From: a virus
Lineage: Duplodnaviria; Heunggongvirae; Uroviricota; Caudoviricetes
Direction: 5' to 3' (one strand)
Virus record (IMG/VR): IMGVR_UViG_3300035670_000138
Span: 1-64,000 of that record
Length of the DNA stretch: 64,000 nucleotides
Positions 26,236-33,396 of this stretch are shown piece by piece. Position numbers and translations under genes: made by a program. The notes beneath the pieces were generated by a model. That model had not been told where the DNA came from and did not search any database. It saw nothing but the letters and a program-made list of their open reading frames with translations. The first letter of the stretch is position 1. Every line of letters begins with the position of its first letter.

Positions 26236-26576
26236 TGTTGAATCATCTAGTAAGAAGTCATTTCTTTGGAGAATTTGGTATTTATGAAATAATAGCAAGG
26301 TCTTCTAGTGAAGCATTGTTACTTTGTAGTGACAAAGAATATTCTCGACCTTTTAAATTAAATAAAACTATACTTAACGATATGAAAATAGCGGAGAGTT
26401 TAGGACAAATGACTATCTCTGAAAATATAGAAAAACATCTTAATAAACCTATAACTTGGACATGGTTAGAAATTGGCGGAAGTATTTGTACTAAATTTGT
26501 ACCTAATACTTCTCTATTTAGAGCTATGTATCCTGATGGTGTCGAGTTTGGTAATAAACTAAGGGTAATGAAGTGA
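26235..26576 (+). CDS. YPNG-tail family member 10 (...KFVPNTSLFRAMYPDGVEFGNKLRVMK)
   Basis: SD aaggatag precedes the ATG. The C-terminal module is present. Confidence 0.5.
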   Translation: MLNHLVRSHFFGEFGIYEIIARSSSEALLLCSDKEYSRPFKLNKTILNDMKIAESLGQMTISENIEKHLNKPITWTWLEIGGSICTKFVPNTSLFRAMYPDGVEFGNKLRVMK

Positions 26577-26800
26577 AAAGAAGTCAGTTTAAAGCTAAAA
26601 TATTAGACAAAATAAAAGATATTCCTCCCGAGGATAAGAGTTCTATAGCAGATGCATTCATTGATATTGTCGATGAAATGAAGATAGTTCCTACAGAAAG
26701 GTTTATCACTTGCGGAGAGTATTTCAATCTAGATAAAAATGATCCTAATTTCAACACCATCTATAGATTTAAAGTTAATAGATGGGACCCAGAAGAATAA
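26573..26800 (+). CDS. MKRS-family protein C (75 aa). GTG start overlapping the upstream TGA
   Basis: It starts (M)KRSQF and ends WDPEE. It is related to proteins A and B at 18255..18732. Confidence 0.4.
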   Translation: MKRSQFKAKILDKIKDIPPEDKSSIADAFIDIVDEMKIVPTERFITCGEYFNLDKNDPNFNTIYRFKVNRWDPEE

Positions 26801-26802
26801 TC

Positions 26803-26831
26803 TTGACAAATTTACAATTATAATATATACT
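26803..26831 (+). promoter_or_regulatory. sigma70-like promoter: TTGACA, 17-nt spacer, TATACT
   Basis: It has a perfect -35 and sits just ahead of SD aaggagg and the ATG at 26848. It shares ATTTACAATTA with the region upstream of the gene starting at 190. Confidence 0.45.
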
Positions 26832-26847
26832 AATTAAGGAGGTGTGT

Positions 26848-27087
26848 ATGTTACAAGTATTGATTGCATTGTGGATTGCTTTTTTAGTTATTTATCTAAT
26901 CAATAATTTAGTGATTAGTAAATACAAACAAGTTGAGGAAGATGAAGAATTAGAGGACATTATTGAGGATCAAGAATCATTAGAAAGACAGGCTAAGATT
27001 ATAGAGGAACAAGAAAAGAAATCCTCGTATTTTAGCAGATTAAGAAATAAGAAAAAAGTAGAGTCATTTAAAAAGGAGAAGAAATGA
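26848..27087 (+). CDS. small membrane protein (N-terminal TM, acidic coiled-coil tail), first gene of the SPFH cluster
   Basis: The segment LIALWIAFLVIYLINNLVI is hydrophobic. SD aaggagg precedes the ATG. Confidence 0.5.
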   Translation: MLQVLIALWIAFLVIYLINNLVISKYKQVEEDEELEDIIEDQESLERQAKIIEEQEKKSSYFSRLRNKKKVESFKKEKK

Positions 27088-28325
27088 GTTTAAAACAACA
27101 GTTTTTATTAGGAGTGGCAGTACTAGGTACAATTACAGTACTTGCACTATCGGGCAGCATTGTTGAAACAAACAATGAAGGTTACTATCAAATTAAACAA
27201 GCGTCGTTTACTGGAGACATGAGTGTTAGAAATACTCCGGGTATGTACTTCCAGAACTTCGGTAATATTTCTGATTACCAAATCTCAGACATGTACTATT
27301 TCGGTTCAAACGATAGCAGCGAACCTATCTTAGTAAGGTTTAACGACGGTTCAACAGCTAAGATTTCAGGTTCTATTAAGTTTAAACTGAGTCAAAAAGA
27401 AGAAGATCAACTTCTTTTACACAAAGATTTTAAGAACTATAACGCTGTAGTAAACGACTTAGTTAGACAGACGGTTGCCGAATCTCTAAAGCAAACAGCA
27501 TCTTTGATGAAAGCTGAAGAGACTTATTCTTCGAAAAGATCTGAGTTTGTATCACTATCTGAAGATCAAATCGCTAAGGGTATTTTCGCAACATCTGCTA
27601 AAGATATTGAAGTTGAAGATATCTCTGGTCAAAAGTTTATCCAAAGAGCAGTTGATGTTAAACTTGATGACAAAAACCAACCAGTTATTGAAAAGAACTC
27701 TCTGTTGAAGAGATACAATATCCAATTACTACAATTCGTAATTACCGATATTGACTTTGATGAAACTATCGATAAGTTAATTAACGAAAAGAAGAAGGCT
27801 GAGCAAGCTAAGGTTGTTGCTAAAGCTAAAGCTGAAGAAGCTAAGCAAGATGCGATTACAGCTAGAGAACAAGGTGCTGCAAGGATTGCTCAAGCTAAGG
27901 CTGATGAAGAAGTTGAGAAGATTAAAGAAGTAACTCAAGCTTTAAAAGCTAAAGAAGTTGCCGAGCTTGACGCTAAAAAACGTAAAGTTGTAGCAGAACT
28001 TGATGCTCAAAAAGAGTTCGAAGTTGCTAAACTAAACCGTCTTAAGGCTGAAGAAGAAGCTAACGCTAAACTTACTATTAAACAAGCTGAAGCTAAGGCT
28101 AACGAATTACTAGTTAAGGCAGGGTTAACTCCACTAGAAGCTGCTAAAATGGAAATGGAGACTAAAATTGGCATTGCTAGAGAGCTTTCTAATATTAAGT
28201 TACCAAGCACATTTATCGGAGCAGGTTCTGGAGCAGGTGGAGCAGCGTTAGATCCATTTACTGCTGTAGGGTTAGAATCGTTAATGAGAATTAATGAAAA
28301 AATGTCTGCAGGTAATAAAAAATAG
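27084..28325 (+). CDS. SPFH/band-7 (stomatin/HflKC/flotillin-like) membrane protein
   Basis: An N-terminal TM (LGVAVLGTITVLALSG) is followed by an SPFH-like core and a long A/K/E-rich coiled-coil (AKAKAEEAKQDAITAREQGAARIAQAKADEE...). Confidence 0.65.
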   Translation: MSLKQQFLLGVAVLGTITVLALSGSIVETNNEGYYQIKQASFTGDMSVRNTPGMYFQNFGNISDYQISDMYYFGSNDSSEPILVRFNDGSTAKISGSIKFKLSQKEEDQLLLHKDFKNYNAVVNDLVRQTVAESLKQTASLMKAEETYSSKRSEFVSLSEDQIAKGIFATSAKDIEVEDISGQKFIQRAVDVKLDDKNQPVIEKNSLLKRYNIQLLQFVITDIDFDETIDKLINEKKKAEQAKVVAKAKAEEAKQDAITAREQGAARIAQAKADEEVEKIKEVTQALKAKEVAELDAKKRKVVAELDAQKEFEVAKLNRLKAEEEANAKLTIKQAEAKANELLVKAGLTPLEAAKMEMETKIGIARELSNIKLPSTFIGAGSGAGGAALDPFTAVGLESLMRINEKMSAGNKK

Positions 28326-28326
28326 C

Positions 28327-28355
28327 TTGACTAAATTAAAAAAATAGAGTATTAT
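28327..28355 (+). promoter_or_regulatory. possible sigma70-like promoter: TTGACT, 17-nt spacer, TATTAT
   Basis: Good hexamers and spacing. It lies immediately upstream of a terminator-like hairpin, so its function is ambiguous. Confidence 0.3.
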
Positions 28356-28360
28356 GTAAG

Positions 28361-28385
28361 GGTGGAGAATAACTCCACCTTTTTT
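28361..28385 (+). terminator. intrinsic terminator: GGTGGAG-aataa-CTCCACC followed by TTTTTT
   Basis: It has a perfect 7-bp stem, a 5-nt loop and a 6-U tract. It sits between the SPFH gene and the NfeD-like gene. Confidence 0.6.
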
Positions 28386-28396
28386 AGGAGAAAAAA

Positions 28397-29206
28397 ATGA
28401 AATGGTTGTTATTGTTAATGTTGAGTATGACATATTCTCATGCTCTAGTTCTTGGAGAGAATAATACAGTATCTCTTAGGAACGAATATCGTTCTAATAC
28501 TGTATCAACGGTTATCCACAAGCTACAAAAAATTCACACTAATCTTCCAGAAGGTGCTGAAATTAACTTGTATTTAGACAGTCCGGGTGGATCGATTATT
28601 GCAGGTGAAGAATTAATCAAGTTTGTTAACTCTTTAAATCGTCCTGTGAACGTGATTTGCAACTTCTGTGCATCTATGGCTTTCCAAACCCTTCAAGGAA
28701 TTAACGGTAAAAGGTTAGTTACTAATATGGGTATTTTAATGTCACATAAGGCTTATGGAGGCTTTGACGGAGAATTTCCGGGGCAATTAGAAAACAGACT
28801 TAATTTCTGGTTAAAAAGGCTAAATAAGGTTGATGAAGCTGTTGTTAAGAGAACAAACGGAAAACAAACTTTAGAAACGTATAAAGAATTATACGAGAAT
28901 GAATATTGGTGTACAGATACTGATTGTATTAATGATGGATTTGCTGATGCAGTTGTTGACGTAACTTGTGATAAAACTCTTAACGGGATTGAAACACAGA
29001 TTGTCCAAGGATTCTTCGGTAATTTTGAGGTACATTTAAGTAAATGCCCTATAATCACTGGCGTAATAAAGTATAGATCTCTTGATAGTGACGGTGATCC
29101 TATTGGTCCATTTATTACAAATTCTGAAGACGATTTAATGGATCTATTACTGAAGGGCAAGTCTATCCAAGGTATTAATAGAATTAACTTAAACGATGTT
29201 AGATAA
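28397..29206 (+). CDS. NfeD-like / ClpP-class (S49/S14) secreted serine peptidase
   Basis: The signal peptide is MKWLLLLMLSMTYSHA. LYLDSPGGSIIAGEELIKF is a ClpP-like oxyanion segment, and CASMAFQ carries the catalytic Ser. The gene follows the SPFH gene, as in bacterial stomatin/NfeD operons. Confidence 0.55.
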   Translation: MKWLLLLMLSMTYSHALVLGENNTVSLRNEYRSNTVSTVIHKLQKIHTNLPEGAEINLYLDSPGGSIIAGEELIKFVNSLNRPVNVICNFCASMAFQTLQGINGKRLVTNMGILMSHKAYGGFDGEFPGQLENRLNFWLKRLNKVDEAVVKRTNGKQTLETYKELYENEYWCTDTDCINDGFADAVVDVTCDKTLNGIETQIVQGFFGNFEVHLSKCPIITGVIKYRSLDSDGDPIGPFITNSEDDLMDLLLKGKSIQGINRINLNDVR

Positions 29207-29558
29207 AAAATTAGATGAGTTACTAGATTTACTCCAAAAAGTTGAGGCTAAAGCTGAAGTTGAAAAAAGTGGATGTTCGTTCGAAAAGTTCGTATTGGAG
29301 TACGGGATACGTTCGGGATTAACTAGGGTCCCGAACTATCTCATTTATAGCTTGTATGATAGCAACTATAAAAATGCTTACGGAAAGAATCACTTTTTTA
29401 GATTAATGAGTTCGAGGTTTAAGTCTGTTAGAACAGGAAAACAACGAGCTTATTTACTTGACGGTTCATCTTTTGATTTATCTAGAGAAGGGAAATTAAA
29501 GGCTAAGCACTATGACAAAGAAAAAAGAATTGAAAAAAAGAGTAAGAAGGGAAGATAA
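29196..29558 (+). CDS. hypothetical basic protein (120 aa)
   Basis: ORF. Confidence 0.35.
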   Translation: MLDKKLDELLDLLQKVEAKAEVEKSGCSFEKFVLEYGIRSGLTRVPNYLIYSLYDSNYKNAYGKNHFFRLMSSRFKSVRTGKQRAYLLDGSSFDLSREGKLKAKHYDKEKRIEKKSKKGR

Positions 29559-30105
29559 GAAACACCCCTTTTTAGACAAGAGTTACAATTTGAAAAGCAG
29601 AAGAGATTACATTGACAATACTTATTACGTAAATGGCGTTAAAGACGTTAAAGGTAAGACGGTAATGAGAGAGTTAACCGAGGAAGAAAAAGACTTCCTA
29701 AACAAGTTTAATGCAGAATATTACTGCGCTTCTTTCGATAAGGACGACAATAATAATCTACATAAATATAAAGCAAGTAAAGACCAATTAAACGAAGTTA
29801 GAGAATATATTAAAGAACTTAAACAACACATAAAAACTTTAGAAAAAACAAATGCAAGCAAGGAAAAGCTAAGATCTTTATATAGAGAGGTTGAAGCTAC
29901 AAGGGAACAACTGTTAGAGTTAAATCCTAAATTAAAATGTACTGATGCTAATAATCTAAGAAATAATTGTTTACTGAATATAGGTAAGGCTAGAAATGAG
30001 ATTGAGTTTATACCTTGGGACGATCTAGATCAAGATGCTATAGGTACACCAGATGTTGAATTATTATATTTATTAAATGATATTGATTCGAAGATTAAGA
30101 AATAA
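29512..30105 (+). CDS. hypothetical basic coiled-coil protein (197 aa); last + strand gene
   Basis: ORF. Its 3' end overlaps the convergent - strand gene by 11 nt. Confidence 0.4.
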   Translation: MTKKKELKKRVRREDKKHPFLDKSYNLKSRRDYIDNTYYVNGVKDVKGKTVMRELTEEEKDFLNKFNAEYYCASFDKDDNNNLHKYKASKDQLNEVREYIKELKQHIKTLEKTNASKEKLRSLYREVEATREQLLELNPKLKCTDANNLRNNCLLNIGKARNEIEFIPWDDLDQDAIGTPDVELLYLLNDIDSKIKK

Positions 30106-30448
30106 ATAGTTTTACTATATCTTCATAGAAATTTATAACCGCAGTTAGAACCCCGACTATAGTTCCTATAAACCCTATTCTTATACTCCAAGTTTTGATC
30201 TTTTTAATATTTTCTTGTTTTAGACGTTTTTCGAATTGATATTGTTCGGCAATTTCGACAATAGTTGGAAGTTTTTCTAATACTGGTTGAAGTTCATTTA
30301 TTATCTTCTTATCTCCAGTAATATGATCTTCGAATATCTCCATCTTATTACTCATCTTCTCAGCATGTACTTTAAAGTCCGTTTTAAGTTCTGCTACATC
30401 TTCTTTAACTTTGTCAATTTTTTCTTCTAGTTTGTCGAACTTTTCCAC
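30095..30448 (-). CDS. coiled-coil protein with a C-terminal transmembrane helix (117 aa); last gene of the late operon
   Basis: The C-terminal segment is IGFIGTIVGVLTAVINFY. Confidence 0.45.
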   Translation of the reverse strand: MEKFDKLEEKIDKVKEDVAELKTDFKVHAEKMSNKMEIFEDHITGDKKIINELQPVLEKLPTIVEIAEQYQFEKRLKQENIKKIKTWSIRIGFIGTIVGVLTAVINFYEDIVKLFIS

Positions 30449-30462
30449 ATCAACTCTCCGTT

Positions 30463-33396
30463 TTAACTTGTTTTGGCGATTTTATCTAGTAATGACTTTA
30501 TTCTCTCAACATCTGAGAATGATTCAATTTGTACTACTTCGTTTTGTAAAGCTACTTTTTGTTCTTCAGGTATATTCATTTCGTTTATTCCTTGAAAAGC
30601 TCTTTCAATTTCATACTCAGGGGTTTCCATACCTGATGATTTCATCTTCATAATTTTGTTTAAATTTGACTTTATATTTTCAATAGGGGTATTAAACAAT
30701 TTTTTTTCTTGTTGTCTTCTTTGAATTAACCCGGGGTTAGGAACGCCATTTACCTTAACAACGTCCATATTATTGAATATACCTTTAACATCTTTATTCT
30801 CTAAAGCCCTTTTCAGCAATTTGTGCTCTACGTGTCCGGTATTATACCAATAACTAATTAAAGAAGCTATTTGATTATCATTCATAAATTCAGATAGATC
30901 AGCTTTAGCTATCTTTGATAATTCATTATACTTTTTATCTACATCTTCTTTCACTAGACCTGTAGCCTCTTCTTCAGATATACCTTCTTTATATATTTGA
31001 GACAATCTATCTTCAGGGATTCTACCTTTGAATAACTTGGTTCCATATGCTAAAGTATCTTCTCCTCCCTCAATACTTTTATGAGGTTTCCATCTATTTG
31101 TTTTTTTATCAAATCCGCTATTTTTAAAAGATTGATTATTTTCTAGTTTTTTAATCAATTCAATTGCTTTATTTTTAAAGTCTGGCGTTTTTTCTTGTTC
31201 TTCAGAATCCAAATCTGTAGTTATAAATTTATCAGATTTCTCGTTTGGAGGAATTGGAGAAGAATCTATATCATTTTCAAAGCTCGAAGTTTCTTCCTCT
31301 TCATACATTTCTTCTATAGATTTTCTAATAGCAGGTTGTTGAGATAATGACCAAAGTAAAGCATTTTTAAGAGGACCTTCTGCTTCCATAGCCTTTTTAA
31401 TATTGCCTCCGATACCTTGAAGTACTGCATTATTAGAATTGCTAAACTTATTACTAATTTTAGCTAACGATTCGTCAGACATTTTGTTTAACGATTGAAT
31501 AGCTTTTCCTGATTTATTTACTAAAGGTTTAACTGCTTTACCATATAAAGCACCTGCTACCTCAGAAGCTAAACCTGTAGCTTTTTGAGATACCCCTGCT
31601 TTAGTAAATTCGCCTGAAGGGCTATGAGAACCTTCTGTAATTCTATTTACTTCAGAAATTAAATCTATGTCTTTCATTTTCTTAGAAATAGGATCAGAGT
31701 CTTTTAATAAGTTTCTTTCAATATAGTCTTTTTCTGTTCCCATTTTATTAGGAAGTTTCTTCATAAGCTCTACCATATCTTGAGACATGTACTGAGAACC
31801 TTTCTGCATAATATCTTTATCTATACCAAGAATGTCGAGAATTGCATACATTTTAGCATATTCTTGTTTATTTTCAGATAAGTTTTCAATCATTTTAGGA
31901 ACAGTATTTCTTCCTAATTTCCATAGTTCTTTATATCTAGCTGCTGCTGCTCCGCCTTCTTCAAAAGCTTTCTTTTGTGCTGCAGCTAAGAAACTAAGCA
32001 TATCATCAATTGACATTTTCTTAAAGTTGATGTCTTGTACAGGGATATCTTTATATCTTTTATATACTTCACCTGTTGCTTCGTTTAAATAGCTACCAAC
32101 TAATTTACCATCTTCTTTAGATATGTTAATCTTAGAAGGTTGAAATGGAGTTACGTCTTCTAAGAACTTCTTTTGAGTATATTCTGCAACTTCTTCGCCT
32201 GTTTCAGGATCTATCACCATTTCTTTAAATTTAGCTTTTCCACCTTTGATTCTTCCGCCAACAGTTTCATAAGGCATTTCCGAAACTTGATCGTATGATT
32301 TATTCATATTTTCAATTTGTTCTAAACTAAGGTCTTTTTTCTCAGCTTCCATTACTGCTTTACCTTCAGCTTTCTTTTGAGAAGCTACATCTTTATTCTG
32401 AGATTTTTGTAGCTTAGTATTAATTTCAGATTGTAGTTCTTCTTCTAACTCTTTAGTTAATCTTTGTTCTATGTTAAATAAATCTTCAATTTCTTGAGCA
32501 AGTTTTTCAGCTTCAATCTTATCTTTACCTAATAAGTATTTAGCTTCTTCTTTAACTCGGTTAGATATAGATTGTAGATCGCCAGTTAAGTCAAACTCTG
32601 CGTTTAATTGAGCAGCTTTCTCTTCTGCAGTTTTTTTATCTAATCCTAGTTTTTGAAATTTAGCTTGAAATGAATCTAGTAGTTCTTTTATATCTTTTTC
32701 GAGAATTTCTCCTCTTTTCTTAGTACTAGTCATACCATATTTAGCAGCAAATTCGAACGGCTTAGTGATTGTAGGGAATTTCTCAGCAAGAGCTTCAGCA
32801 CCTTTTTTAAGCTGTCCTAGTCCCTTTCCTGCACCTTTAGCTACGGCAGGTAAAGCTACACCAGTTGCTGCTCCTAAACCTGCTCCCGTGGCTACATCTT
32901 TAGCTACTTCAGGAATATCTGTAATATTTTCAGTTCTACCTAATGCAGCGGCTGCTCCATATTTAGCACCAGTTTTAGCAAGTTCTTTTACAGATTGTTT
33001 TGCAGCAACTTTACCTAAATTAGCAGCGGCGGCAGCTCCACCTGAAAATAACGCAGGGACTACTCCTGATGCAATATCCGCCGCCATATACGTAGAAGGG
33101 TTAGCTTCTTCAGCTTTCTTGAATTTTTCACGTTCAATGTCTCTATACTTTTTGTATAACTGAGGTAAATCTTTTATTGTAGGCTCGCCTGTTGCAACAT
33201 CAACGGCAGCAGTTATCCCTCCAAGTATTTCATCTGCGAAATCAACTGTACCTCCTTGAACTCCGCCTCTCCAAGCAGATTCAAGTTTAGATACTTCGTC
33301 ATCACCAGATACTTCATCATCGAACCCTGATAGATCTAATTCTTGATTTTTTGATACTTCTTCGTCAAATGACGATAAATCTATTTTTTTAGTCAT
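30463..33396 (-). CDS. large virion-associated protein (977 aa) with a GH24 (T4-lysozyme-like) peptidoglycan-hydrolase domain; internal/ejection or tape-measure-like protein
   Basis: Residues around 700-850 read DTLAYGTKLFKG...NQIASLISYWYNTG...NGVPNPGLIQRRQQEKKLF, which matches phage lysozyme motifs. The rest is Gly/Ala-rich and coiled-coil. Confidence 0.55.
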   Translation of the reverse strand: MTKKIDLSSFDEEVSKNQELDLSGFDDEVSGDDEVSKLESAWRGGVQGGTVDFADEILGGITAAVDVATGEPTIKDLPQLYKKYRDIEREKFKKAEEANPSTYMAADIASGVVPALFSGGAAAAANLGKVAAKQSVKELAKTGAKYGAAAALGRTENITDIPEVAKDVATGAGLGAATGVALPAVAKGAGKGLGQLKKGAEALAEKFPTITKPFEFAAKYGMTSTKKRGEILEKDIKELLDSFQAKFQKLGLDKKTAEEKAAQLNAEFDLTGDLQSISNRVKEEAKYLLGKDKIEAEKLAQEIEDLFNIEQRLTKELEEELQSEINTKLQKSQNKDVASQKKAEGKAVMEAEKKDLSLEQIENMNKSYDQVSEMPYETVGGRIKGGKAKFKEMVIDPETGEEVAEYTQKKFLEDVTPFQPSKINISKEDGKLVGSYLNEATGEVYKRYKDIPVQDINFKKMSIDDMLSFLAAAQKKAFEEGGAAAARYKELWKLGRNTVPKMIENLSENKQEYAKMYAILDILGIDKDIMQKGSQYMSQDMVELMKKLPNKMGTEKDYIERNLLKDSDPISKKMKDIDLISEVNRITEGSHSPSGEFTKAGVSQKATGLASEVAGALYGKAVKPLVNKSGKAIQSLNKMSDESLAKISNKFSNSNNAVLQGIGGNIKKAMEAEGPLKNALLWSLSQQPAIRKSIEEMYEEEETSSFENDIDSSPIPPNEKSDKFITTDLDSEEQEKTPDFKNKAIELIKKLENNQSFKNSGFDKKTNRWKPHKSIEGGEDTLAYGTKLFKGRIPEDRLSQIYKEGISEEEATGLVKEDVDKKYNELSKIAKADLSEFMNDNQIASLISYWYNTGHVEHKLLKRALENKDVKGIFNNMDVVKVNGVPNPGLIQRRQQEKKLFNTPIENIKSNLNKIMKMKSSGMETPEYEIERAFQGINEMNIPEEQKVALQNEVVQIESFSDVERIKSLLDKIAKTS

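Noticed and set aside
31832-33163. + strand ORFs (31832..32092 and 32765..33163, the latter Ala/Pro-rich) inside the 977-aa - strand gene. Similar + strand ORFs lie at 36047..36292, 38569..38814, 39999..40241, 40308..40532, 42150..42440, 42540..42788, 43631..44041, 44666..44857, 45344..45793, 47293..47571, 48565..48750, 51956..52147, 54835..55044, 57946..58134 and 61139..61375.
   Set aside because: They are antisense to long, motif-supported structural genes. The Ala/Pro-rich one is simply the reverse reading of the Gly/Ala-rich coding region.
30463-33396. Calling the 977-aa lysozyme-domain protein a tape-measure protein, and the phage a siphovirus.
   Set aside because: No tail tube, sheath or chaperone-frameshift genes are recognisable. 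The gene lies after the fibres at the distal end of the operon. An internal-core or ejection role is at least as likely, so I leave it open.
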